DNA of 44,053 bases, from IMG/VR virus record IMGVR_UViG_3300022745_000008, positions 1 to 44,053 of that record; one strand, given 5' to 3'. How positions within the stretch are numbered: position 1 is the first letter of the stretch; the number at the start of each line of letters is the position of its first letter. The stretch comes from a virus. The translations under genes were made by a program, and so were the position numbers. The notes beneath the pieces were generated by a model. It saw only the letters and a list, made by a program, of their open reading frames with translations. It made no database searches and was not told the DNA's origin. Positions 26,001 through 34,342 of this stretch are shown piece after piece.

Positions 26001-29000
26001 CTTGGCGATCGTGTTGTTGAAGCTCCTACGCACCTTCAAGCGTGGGAAAAACTCTTCGGAAAGACCTACGATAAGTTTGGCCCAGCTGAAACTGTGCAGA
26101 TGAAAGACTCTGTGTTGAAGGAAGGGTTTATTACTGAGAATGGATTTAGGAATCGTAAAGAGGCTTTAACTGATTTCCAAGCCAAGGGTGGTAAGATGAA
26201 TCTTACTCCAGGAGAAAAGAGAGACTGGCTCGATTCGAGTGATATTCGTTTTGCTAGAGCTTCTGCTGGTGCGTTTGACTTTGGAATGAGGGAAGTTCTG
26301 AATGGGCAGATTCAGCGCCCTGGTAAGCCTCCGCTTGGGACTAAAGATGGTTGGATGCAGGAGCTTGATTTCCGAAATAATGCAGGTGTGCATAATGGCA
26401 TTCTGCAAAAAGCTGAGGTGGAGTTTTATAAAGAACTTGTGCCGGAGGCGTTTAAGGACGGTAAGGTGCATTTGCAGAAACTTTGGGATGGACTAAATAA
26501 GGTGGGGGAGAGTGTGAAGGTGGGTGTTTATGGGCAAGAAAACAGTGTTCACCCAGATAAGCAAAAACTTGATGCTTTACATCACAGCTGGTGGGAAACA
26601 CTTACCCAGCCTATTAGAGATAGACTAGCTCGTGGAGAGTTTTCAGGTCTCAATGCGGATACCGTTGCTAAATATAAAGAGTTTGACGCACTACGCGAGC
26701 GAGATTATAGAGGTGAGTTTGACGTTAAAAACTCTGGCCCTCGCGCCACTTCCTACTACAACCAAATCTCCGCGAAGCCAAAATTCAAATGGACTGACAA
26801 CCAAGGTCGTGAGTGGGATTCAAGTCCTTTTCGTATAGACATTGTTGGAACACAAGGAGCAGAAGGACCGTCGGATGCCTTGCACACACCACTTGGTGGT
26901 CGCACTTACGGTTGGGCAATGATTCAAATTATTCCTGACCCAAAAACTAATGAGCCTATTTTGTTTGTGGGAGAGCAGCAGAGTAAGTGGGGGCAACAAG
27001 CGCACAAAGAAGGTATAAAACAAGGTTTGCCTCCCGCGCGTAATTTTGATGCTTACGCAACGGAAAAGGGTTTGACTGAAGCTCAGATTGAACAAGCCTG
27101 GGAAAGTCAAAGAACGGACAAGCCAGAACAAGTATTTGTTGATTGGCAAAAAGAACACGAAGATCGTCAGGCCGATAACTACCGTCGTGTTCAAGGCCAC
27201 CCCCTCCTAGATCTCCAACACGCCCTCGTTCTCAAAGCCGTCATCCGCGAAGCTCAAAAGCGCGGAGTGAAGAAGGTTGTGGTGAGTGATGGGGAGAGTG
27301 CGATGATGACGCAGGAGCATGATAAAGCGGCAGAGCCTTCAGAAATAAAAATTGGGCCGCCGATAAAGCTTGCAGGGGCGGGTAGCCAAGCAATTCAAAA
27401 AGCTGGCTATAAACCTACGCACCAGCATTTTTGGTCAACAGATATTTGGAGTAAAGACGGAAAACTTTTTAAAGGCTACTCAACGTTTGATGGAACTTTT
27501 GTTCAGGAAGTTCAGTTAGGCTCACCTAAACCTCTCCAAGAAGGCGGTATGCGTCTCCACTACGACACCACCCTGCCTTCAGTGATGAAGAAGCTCACAG
27601 GCAGTGAAGGAGAAATGTGGGATGGTGGGGTGCATAAGAACGCTCAGCAATGGAATCGCGCAGAGACTCGTGGAGATAACTTTAATGTTCTGGAGAATGA
27701 CGGTTCTTTATGGGCAAGCTTTTCCACACGAGCGGAAGCACAAGCTGAAGTAACCAGAATGAATAATGCTGGGAATAACTTTACTTTACAAGATAATAGA
27801 GGCCAGTTAGGCTCCCCCGTATTTCGCAACCCTGACGGCACTCCCAAATCCTCCGTCACTGGACGCGTCTATGATATCTCAAACCCATCCGATCGAGTTA
27901 ATACTCTATTCGCCCAGGGTGGAACTATCTATGGAGCCGCCTTCAAAAATCTAGCTCAAGCATATTTCTCCACTAAAGCGTTTCAAGGCACGGGTAAAAC
28001 CAAAGCCATGAGCTACGTCCTTGCTCACGAAATGGGCCATATCGCTTTTGGCAAAGCCATGCGTGGGGAGTATGGTCCGGAAACTAAACAACTCTTCGAC
28101 GAAGCTCACGCGTGGGTAAAGACGAATGACCCACAGGTCTTGAAAGACGTGGAAGAAGTAATTCATGACCTTTACTTGCCGAAAGAGTTTAGGAATCTTA
28201 ACGGCGTGAAGGACGTGCTGGGTAATTCTGATCCTGAAGAGTGGCTTGCAAACGCTCACGCAATGATGGTGACTGGGGCGGTTGAGGCGAGGAAGCCGAT
28301 TAAGGCGTTGTTGATTTTGCCTAAGCCGATTCGGGAGATTGTGGAAAATACAATTCGTCGCATCCAGGATGGTTTGAAGTCTGCGCGGATGTATTGGAAA
28401 CTTAGTGGTGATAGCGACAAAATGAATCAGGTTCTTCGTGTGAAGGACATGATGGATTCTGTGCGTCGTCAATTCCGCGAGGCTGAATGGCAGAAAGCTC
28501 AGGCGATGGAGTTCTTGAATGTCGATCCGGCTGGCTTGCTGGATAGGATGGATAATGCTCAGTTTGCGAGAAGCATTTACGGAGCTGATACGATCAAGTC
28601 CAAAGTTGGCGGCTTTTTCAATAACGCAGTTCAAGGATTGTCGGATTTCATGGCGACGTATAAGTCGTTCCAGGAACCTGGACTAAAACTGCTTCATGCT
28701 GAAAGGTCTATTAAAGGACAAGTTGCTGAATCTTTGACACCGATTTTCGGACATCAGGGTGCCACGGGGAATATCGTAGTGGATAAATCCATGCCTTGGT
28801 TCAAGCTGGCTAATAGTAAGCCCTTGTATGAATTAGTCAAGAAGATCAATCTCGAAGCACAGGATTCTAATCAGAGCGTGATTGTTCAAAATCAGGATGG
28901 GACGATCAGCTTTAACTGGGCCGCAATGACTCCAGAATCGCGTGCTACTGTTAAACTACATACTCCAGAAAATCAGAAAGCAATGGCACAGTTTTTGATT

Positions 29001-31607
29001 CAGAAAGAGCAGTCGACTAAGATTACTCAAAGGGATAACGTCCTTCATGAGGAAGCTAGTGCTAGAGGTATGATGGCAAATTTACTGTTAAAAGTGAAAA
29101 GCTTCAACGACAAAGCTACGCCTGAAATCCGCTTTCAAGATGCTCGTGTTGTTTCCGGTCAGATATTTGATGCAATTAAATCAGGGGATCAAGCTGCGCT
29201 GCAGAGTGTTGTGAGCAAGTTTTCTAACCCTTCCGAAGCGCAGAAGGTGATCACTATTGCTCAAGAAAAAGCTAAGAAGCTCGACGAGTTGACTAAGTTC
29301 TACGCTGATCGTCCAAACTTCCAGAGTCTTCGTAGGTTTAAGCCGATTCTCCAGCGGTATATTAATCCTAACGGAGATAAGGTCATGCTGGACTTTAACA
29401 AGGCGGAAGAAGCTTCTGCCAAGAGAAAAGAGCTTGAGGCTAAAGGATGGAAAGTAGAGGGTGATCCGATTATTCGTGATTTGTCTAAGCATAAGGATGA
29501 GATGACTTTAGACTCAAAAATTGTGGAGCTTTTGGATACCAAAGAGCAAAAGCTAAAAGACACAATTGCATCATTGGATATTGATCCTGAAGATCGGCAG
29601 GCTCTGATGGAGGAAAGCTCTTTCCTAGCTGACGTGCTACGGGAATCTAAGAGTAACGACATTTATCTTCCTGGAGTTAAGCGTAGAGTCTCCGGTGGTC
29701 CAGAGCACTTGGACATGCTTGAGCAGCATCTTACTTATACTCAAGCCGCGCATAAGGCAGGATATATGAAAGCCTTAGGACAAGAAATCCGATATTTCAT
29801 GAACAGCCCAGAGCTTGTTAATCAAGTTCGGGAGAAGCAGCAGTTTCTTGAGTTCTACAACCAAGCCAAAACACCTGATCTAAAGTTCTGGAGAATGGTA
29901 AACAAAGCCAATGCAGTATGGCATATTGGCTGGAATCTTCCTGGGCACTTGGCTGAACTTTTCCAACCAATTCAAACTCATATTCATGAGGCTGTCGCTC
30001 AAGGGCATTCAATGCTTACAGCGCTTAGAGCTACTGTTGGTGCAGAGAAATCTGCTATGGCGGCGGTGGGTAAAATGATAAAATCCAAGATTGGTTATCA
30101 AGACTCCGAAGCCATCTGGGAACATTGGAGCGATAAAGATGAGGCAGATATGCTTAAAACCAACTGGCCTCGGAATCTTCAACAACCGCTTCAGGAAGTG
30201 TATCAGCAAGTAGGTGTGAATCAAGAAACCCTCCGCGCCATTGTTGAAGACCGTGAAATGCCTTCTCCGTCAAAGATGTTGACCAAGGCGGCGAATATGT
30301 ATAGCAACGCCGCGATGGGAGTTTACTCGGTGTTTACTCAGCACAACGCGCTAGTGGGATTGTTGACTGGATATAGGCTTGCAAAGAAGAAAGGTCTGAG
30401 TCACGCTGAGGCTGTGAAACAGGCTGAGCTTTTCGAGCTTGCAGTGAATAACTCGGCTGGGAGACTGGAAAGGCCAGCGTATTTTAATAAGCTTGGTGGT
30501 GCTGGATACATGGTCTATGCACTGTCGAGTTATGTGCGTGGGCGGTTTAGCCAGCTTGCGAGGTATTATCGCCACGGGTTTGATAAGGTTAATTTTCCAG
30601 AGTTAAACCAGCAGGATCGTCGCGCTGCAAGACAGGCGTTTGCGTCGATGATTGCAGGGCAGTTAGCTGCGGCTGGGATTCTTGGTTTCCCCTTTGTGGG
30701 AGCTGGGATCGCGCTGATGGAAGATTTGACGGGCGATGAGATTAAAGGTAATGGGTTAAAAGCTCTGAATGAGATTACAGACGACCCATTGCTAACGCAG
30801 GCTATAAGCTATGGAGTGTTCTCCTCGATGGCTGAAAGTTTGGGTATTCCTGCGGATTTGCACTCAAGGTTCGCGCTTGGCGGGTTTATGGGGATCAACT
30901 CGTATGACGGTGTCAGCGCGGCGAGTGTACTTGGGCCAACTGCGAGCATGGTGAATTCGATGTGGAAGATGGGTAAGACCTTGACTCAGGAGCATGACCT
31001 TAATGCTGCGTTCAGAGCTGGAGGCCCTGGTGGAATTAAGCGTATGGCTGAGGCTTTGAGTGAAGACTTCCAAGGGCAGAATCCAGATGTAAACTTGCCT
31101 ATGGCTATGGCAGGGTTTAGGTCTGGAAAGATGTTCAAGGCGAAGGAGATGGAAAGGATCATTAGTAAGACTAACGAAGCCGCACAGAGAGATATGCAGG
31201 TGGCGGCTAAACGTGTGGAGGAAAGCTTGCTCCTTGGGCCGCAGGTTGCGCAGGCAACATTGATGCGCGAGGCGAGCCAGCTGATTGATCAGAAGCTGGA
31301 AGGCAGGGGGAGACAGCTTGCGCTGAGGGATATGATGAATAATCTGCGGCAGAGAATCGCTTTGCAAGAAGTGAAAAAGCAAATGCCGTCTGACTTACGT
31401 GGTAAAGCCACGGGTCAAACGGCATCGAGGATTTCAGAGATTGCAAATGCGGTGGGATATCAACCGCCGCCTGCTGGAACTATGGAGCAGGAGCAGATCA
31501 TGCGCCATGTTTATTCGCAGCTAGGTGGCGTCCGCTCTCCACAAAGTATGTTGACGGCGAGGAGGAGACAAAGCGCTTTGGAGATGAATCCGATAGGGTT
31601 TTATTAA
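23052..31607 (+). CDS. Giant virion-associated multidomain protein (2851 aa) with a zincin HExxH motif; internal/ejection polyvalent-type protein (tape-measure-like role not excluded)
   Basis: Uninterrupted 8,556-nt ORF. Gly/Ala-rich hydrophobic N-terminal region (about aa 100-290). HEMGH at aa 1659-1663 (nt 28026-28040). C-terminal hydrophobic Gly-rich segments (AAGILGFPFVGAGIALMEDL) and LHSRFALGGF, which recalls PLxRFG-type proteins (from memory). Confidence 0.7.
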   Translation: MPDFLTIQRQHEAAKLKGLIDENSSLADFAKLGALATNDPSYKEVADSPAWKNMIRSWSANADEAIQSGPVDDWTANAFGWAGDKFGVTPEVSRSAGRELPRQFLNFLPMMAGGTIGGLLGSPGGPAGIVAGAAKGGSIGLGLTSALSAFDAYGKSGKPLDAIIGAASPYVGSKLASMGTSAVLKSAATPGSLLSRAGFMKGKDFLNPATHLVTDPLTGVAKEVLGTSVEGATNKALGYLGGQVAANAGFTALNLAEQGPDAVLNKDYLFANLASNLAFAVGDIPRMRGVHFVAPPIDKPLVPTQEQINAEKTRGEVTQESLAAIDNSLARFQKEAELGVDIGRFIDKHNAVAATMEGHRAAVNLEAENFKSTWNKLREVNSGLPDVLTGIDPKELLQNPSVIGFDPAKAEVLRYAEALKQINKVKGGNLSRIAKSDADLNKVMGLVEEDLKLPDTLLNTPVEQRTVEQYQRALGTKLSDNAIKLIRMKHMEIAQGEKFVPEFPKLWEEYQKALTTGFSGSVDDRYELITASLLANGRFPKVVRAQKKVVKQVAVEGQTQNEAAETAIKAVQSVAKKDELAKAVEARMEAAKKAVGSSEEVFNRKRAESPEFSDQRGIDMPRFTDAVITRVEKALAVGAEVTLTTDGGKKVIPIVAVKQGMMRDAEGNGWGTLAAIADYKGEIKIKSKVSTKTPKLGRPTGPSKAMVDKTTAVEERITLAGKALKPTDEDRFFLIASQMIDPAHRAKGLSWMHKVATEHAPLPLAQKLLKFQAGLKTLDERVEASNQLKTVPLKEEVTPDAVAEIEAAMTRDEEIRVAASEEAMQELIVDEVSNELDEVPEISQSQQDQKLASDFMVALAKKAGVEISPADAARRFANMPLSVREKNLALAKQWKDKGFPQLATRDIDPLTIHFTTGQPLPIKEFATAWAREAGVPEAEIPAVVEDFVKITQYFAAGEARFGIIEGLDKNGAQFAQGFRPAVKLGDRVVEAPTHLQAWEKLFGKTYDKFGPAETVQMKDSVLKEGFITENGFRNRKEALTDFQAKGGKMNLTPGEKRDWLDSSDIRFARASAGAFDFGMREVLNGQIQRPGKPPLGTKDGWMQELDFRNNAGVHNGILQKAEVEFYKELVPEAFKDGKVHLQKLWDGLNKVGESVKVGVYGQENSVHPDKQKLDALHHSWWETLTQPIRDRLARGEFSGLNADTVAKYKEFDALRERDYRGEFDVKNSGPRATSYYNQISAKPKFKWTDNQGREWDSSPFRIDIVGTQGAEGPSDALHTPLGGRTYGWAMIQIIPDPKTNEPILFVGEQQSKWGQQAHKEGIKQGLPPARNFDAYATEKGLTEAQIEQAWESQRTDKPEQVFVDWQKEHEDRQADNYRRVQGHPLLDLQHALVLKAVIREAQKRGVKKVVVSDGESAMMTQEHDKAAEPSEIKIGPPIKLAGAGSQAIQKAGYKPTHQHFWSTDIWSKDGKLFKGYSTFDGTFVQEVQLGSPKPLQEGGMRLHYDTTLPSVMKKLTGSEGEMWDGGVHKNAQQWNRAETRGDNFNVLENDGSLWASFSTRAEAQAEVTRMNNAGNNFTLQDNRGQLGSPVFRNPDGTPKSSVTGRVYDISNPSDRVNTLFAQGGTIYGAAFKNLAQAYFSTKAFQGTGKTKAMSYVLAHEMGHIAFGKAMRGEYGPETKQLFDEAHAWVKTNDPQVLKDVEEVIHDLYLPKEFRNLNGVKDVLGNSDPEEWLANAHAMMVTGAVEARKPIKALLILPKPIREIVENTIRRIQDGLKSARMYWKLSGDSDKMNQVLRVKDMMDSVRRQFREAEWQKAQAMEFLNVDPAGLLDRMDNAQFARSIYGADTIKSKVGGFFNNAVQGLSDFMATYKSFQEPGLKLLHAERSIKGQVAESLTPIFGHQGATGNIVVDKSMPWFKLANSKPLYELVKKINLEAQDSNQSVIVQNQDGTISFNWAAMTPESRATVKLHTPENQKAMAQFLIQKEQSTKITQRDNVLHEEASARGMMANLLLKVKSFNDKATPEIRFQDARVVSGQIFDAIKSGDQAALQSVVSKFSNPSEAQKVITIAQEKAKKLDELTKFYADRPNFQSLRRFKPILQRYINPNGDKVMLDFNKAEEASAKRKELEAKGWKVEGDPIIRDLSKHKDEMTLDSKIVELLDTKEQKLKDTIASLDIDPEDRQALMEESSFLADVLRESKSNDIYLPGVKRRVSGGPEHLDMLEQHLTYTQAAHKAGYMKALGQEIRYFMNSPELVNQVREKQQFLEFYNQAKTPDLKFWRMVNKANAVWHIGWNLPGHLAELFQPIQTHIHEAVAQGHSMLTALRATVGAEKSAMAAVGKMIKSKIGYQDSEAIWEHWSDKDEADMLKTNWPRNLQQPLQEVYQQVGVNQETLRAIVEDREMPSPSKMLTKAANMYSNAAMGVYSVFTQHNALVGLLTGYRLAKKKGLSHAEAVKQAELFELAVNNSAGRLERPAYFNKLGGAGYMVYALSSYVRGRFSQLARYYRHGFDKVNFPELNQQDRRAARQAFASMIAGQLAAAGILGFPFVGAGIALMEDLTGDEIKGNGLKALNEITDDPLLTQAISYGVFSSMAESLGIPADLHSRFALGGFMGINSYDGVSAASVLGPTASMVNSMWKMGKTLTQEHDLNAAFRAGGPGGIKRMAEALSEDFQGQNPDVNLPMAMAGFRSGKMFKAKEMERIISKTNEAAQRDMQVAAKRVEESLLLGPQVAQATLMREASQLIDQKLEGRGRQLALRDMMNNLRQRIALQEVKKQMPSDLRGKATGQTASRISEIANAVGYQPPPAGTMEQEQIMRHVYSQLGGVRSPQSMLTARRRQSALEMNPIGFY

Positions 31608-31641
31608 AGTGTGTCTATTATTAGTAGCCATGTGCTTGTCG

Positions 31642-32904
31642 TTAGTGGGGTTGACCAGCCAAAAACTTCATGAACTCTTCGTAGCGTTCTGAGGTAGTCA
31701 CACCTTTAAGTGTCCCTGGTAATCCTGGCATTTTGCCGGTTACAAGAACCAACTCACCAATGGAGTCCATCTGTTTCAGGATGGACTCTAATTGTGTCTG
31801 CTCGGCTTGGTTGAGAAAATGAGCATAGACGCGTTTGAGTGTGACGAAGTATGGTGGACGGGAGGAGATTTGGTCAATGAAGACTCTAATGCCAGCCATA
31901 GTGGAGGCGTGAGGATTTTTGCCTACGCCAGCAAAGATCATAGAAACGTGACTTTGGGCTTTGTCAATGAGGGATTTAGCGTGTAGGATTTTGTCTTCTC
32001 CAATTACAAGTTCGTCACTTTCAGAGAGTTGGAGTAGCATGGCGATTTTGATCAGGAAATTGCCATATGATTGCATAAAATTTACCAGCGCCGCGGAGGG
32101 AGCCTCTTGCTTAGCGTGGTGGTTTTTGATATATGCGTCTCGGTAGGCGGCTTCTCCAGCTGGGGAGAATTGGAAGCACCCGGAGAGACGTTGGATTTCT
32201 TGACCACGTTGGATGCAGCGATCCTGCGCACGCTTTTGTTCGGGTGTAAACACAGGGATCGGCACAGGATCGCCGTCTTTGTTGGAATAGATATAGATCG
32301 TTCTACGTGAAAAGCCACCGCTTAATGAGCCGTCGTTGATGAGGGCTTTGGTGATGTCTGTTGTCATGCAACCTAAGAGATTGATATACGGATACGGCAT
32401 TTCCACATGTCCACGAGCGATAGTAGCTGCTTTGAATGACGGACGCGGGAGGTATATTTCTGTGAGAATCTGAATCCATGCCATAGGGTCGCCACCTACG
32501 GAGACTAGGTTTACAAATTCATCAGACCATAGACAGCACTTAGTATAATAACGAGCACTGCCATTGTGATCAAAAACCATTTTACACGGTGAGTCTTTCT
32601 TTGAAAGGAAATCAATAAAGGCTTCCTTGCTAGACGAGTCTGGCGCAATTGGAATTTTGTGTTTGTTTGTATGTATTTTGCGGAGTAGGTCGCGAGAGAT
32701 ATCTTTGGCGGTGGATTTCTTGATTCCTGGTGGTCCGACGAGTAGGACATAGAGATTGGGTTGAATGTTTCCAGCGCCACCCATGTCCATCCAAAGGTTC
32801 GGGCCACAGCATGCGGCGAGAGTTGTGAGCCCTGACCAAAGGTGGAACTCTGGAGGGGCCTCGTTACCAGAGGAATATTCTGCGTAGTCGGTGAGGAAGC
32901 TCAT
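31642..32904 (-). CDS. P-loop NTPase, DUF3987/D5-like replicative helicase candidate (420 aa)
   Basis: Walker A LLVGPPGIKKSTAKD and Walker B-like CCLWSDEF. No primase domain seen in this ORF. Confidence 0.6.
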   Translation of the reverse strand: MSFLTDYAEYSSGNEAPPEFHLWSGLTTLAACCGPNLWMDMGGAGNIQPNLYVLLVGPPGIKKSTAKDISRDLLRKIHTNKHKIPIAPDSSSKEAFIDFLSKKDSPCKMVFDHNGSARYYTKCCLWSDEFVNLVSVGGDPMAWIQILTEIYLPRPSFKAATIARGHVEMPYPYINLLGCMTTDITKALINDGSLSGGFSRRTIYIYSNKDGDPVPIPVFTPEQKRAQDRCIQRGQEIQRLSGCFQFSPAGEAAYRDAYIKNHHAKQEAPSAALVNFMQSYGNFLIKIAMLLQLSESDELVIGEDKILHAKSLIDKAQSHVSMIFAGVGKNPHASTMAGIRVFIDQISSRPPYFVTLKRVYAHFLNQAEQTQLESILKQMDSIGELVLVTGKMPGLPGTLKGVTTSERYEEFMKFLAGQPH

Positions 32905-33752
32905 TCGAGTATGGCTAAAATTGTAGGTTTAAGCGGGACTCCGGTATCTGAATACGTTTCAAATTTAATCTTAGCCCAAAGACCAACTGGAGAATTGTCA
33001 ATGTAGTATTCAAGTTCGTCTTCGGAAAGCCCAGAGCCGACGGAGAATGTATTAGTTGATCCCTCGATTTCGCAGATTACCTGGAATCCTCGCTCGCCCT
33101 TTTTACCCTCAGTAAGCTTGAAGTCAATAACGCGAAACTCTTTATCAAGCCATTCTTTGCGCTTGAGCAGACACTTCCATCGGTTTTCTCTGTTGCCGCA
33201 GTTTTCGCGTAAGCCATACATATGACCCAAGCTGCGATACATAAGACCCTCATACCCACGACGAAGATAGTCTCGATAGAGAGGCTCGGTTAAATCCATT
33301 GACCCATATAGGTGGGTTGGGACTACTTTGATATGAGTGAGGTTGTTGAAGGCGATAAGGGTTCTTATTGCTTCGAGTTGCTCAGCGCGGTAGGAGAAGT
33401 CTTTGGCGGCGTGTTCACAGTCGAGGATGTCGAAGATATGGTATTCGATTGTGGGGGTGATAGATGTGGGTTCACCGCGGTTGACTGCTACAGCTTGGTT
33501 GATTTTTTGGAGGGAGAGCCCGTGGCGGTAGAGTTCTCCGTCGGTGATGAAATGGGGAAAGCGGTTGAATATGGGTTGGATTTGATCGTGAAGATGTTGG
33601 AGAACTTTGTTGTTCCAAAGGTGCTCATCACGAGATTGAAACACAGTCCCGTTGCAAAGAGCGCGAACGCCATTGAGCTTGGGTTGGACGTAAAAAGGCG
33701 TGGAAAGGGTGTGTCCGTATTGTTGGACTTTAAATGCCAGCATCGGTTTCAT
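32901..33752 (-). CDS. ATP-dependent DNA ligase, minimal type (283 aa from Met15; ORF extends to 33794)
   Basis: Nucleotidyltransferase motifs: I QPKLNGVRAL (KxNG instead of KxDG), III FITDGELY, IV YEGLMYR, V CLLKRK. Confidence 0.75.
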   Translation of the reverse strand: MKPMLAFKVQQYGHTLSTPFYVQPKLNGVRALCNGTVFQSRDEHLWNNKVLQHLHDQIQPIFNRFPHFITDGELYRHGLSLQKINQAVAVNRGEPTSITPTIEYHIFDILDCEHAAKDFSYRAEQLEAIRTLIAFNNLTHIKVVPTHLYGSMDLTEPLYRDYLRRGYEGLMYRSLGHMYGLRENCGNRENRWKCLLKRKEWLDKEFRVIDFKLTEGKKGERGFQVICEIEGSTNTFSVGSGLSEDELEYYIDNSPVGLWAKIKFETYSDTGVPLKPTILAILE

Positions 33753-34062
33753 CGGTGAGCTCACTCCTTTCTGGTTCGGTGGTTGTGAGTTCATCTGGTT
33801 CTTCGGTGGTGTCGACCTCCGCGCGGGAGGGCAGGCGCTTGATAGTGCACCAGTAGATAGGGAATTTCATATCGAAGCGTTCGCGCTGAACGAAGCCGGC
33901 TGCGATTGAATAGGTGAGGTTCCAAGAGTCACACCAAGTGGAGAGGAGTTCTTCACTTCCCCAGATCATGGGGATGTATTTGGATTCGATGATGACCTCG
34001 CGGTCGGAGTCGAGGTCGATGAGGACTTGGGCTTTGAGATTGGGAGAGGAGGGTGGTTTCAT
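33730..34062 (-). CDS. Hypothetical protein (110 aa)
   Basis: ATG ORF; its start overlaps the stop of the upstream gene 34059..34325. Confidence 0.5.
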   Translation of the reverse strand: MKPPSSPNLKAQVLIDLDSDREVIIESKYIPMIWGSEELLSTWCDSWNLTYSIAAGFVQRERFDMKFPIYWCTIKRLPSRAEVDTTEEPDELTTTEPERSELTDETDAGI

Positions 34063-34325
34063 GGGAAGACGTGGGACCAGGTGGTAGTGGGTTTTTGTTC
34101 GTTGGTTTTGCTAGTTTCTAGGGATTCCAGGAGAAAGGAAACGATGGGATCAGCAGCGTAGCGAGCTGCGATTGTAGAACGCCATACTTTGAAATCGAAG
34201 TTTTTTATTAGGGTTAGGTCGGCGTTGATAGAGGCTTTGATTTCTTTGGCTTGCTCGGGAGTGACTGTAATTGTGCTATTATTGAAAATGCTTATGTGTC
34301 CAGGAAAGAAGGTAGGCGTTGGCAT
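34059..34325 (-). CDS. Hypothetical protein (88 aa)
   Basis: ATG ORF lying directly downstream of the polymerase gene on the minus strand. Confidence 0.5.
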   Translation of the reverse strand: MPTPTFFPGHISIFNNSTITVTPEQAKEIKASINADLTLIKNFDFKVWRSTIAARYAADPIVSFLLESLETSKTNEQKPTTTWSHVFP

Positions 34326-34342
34326 ATTAGTTGGGTTTGAGG

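Noticed and set aside
31608-31641. Expected bidirectional terminator at the convergent junction of the two arms
   Set aside because: Only 34 bp separate the two stop codons, and I can find no stable inverted repeat there or reaching into the gene ends. I report it as an absence, not as a feature.
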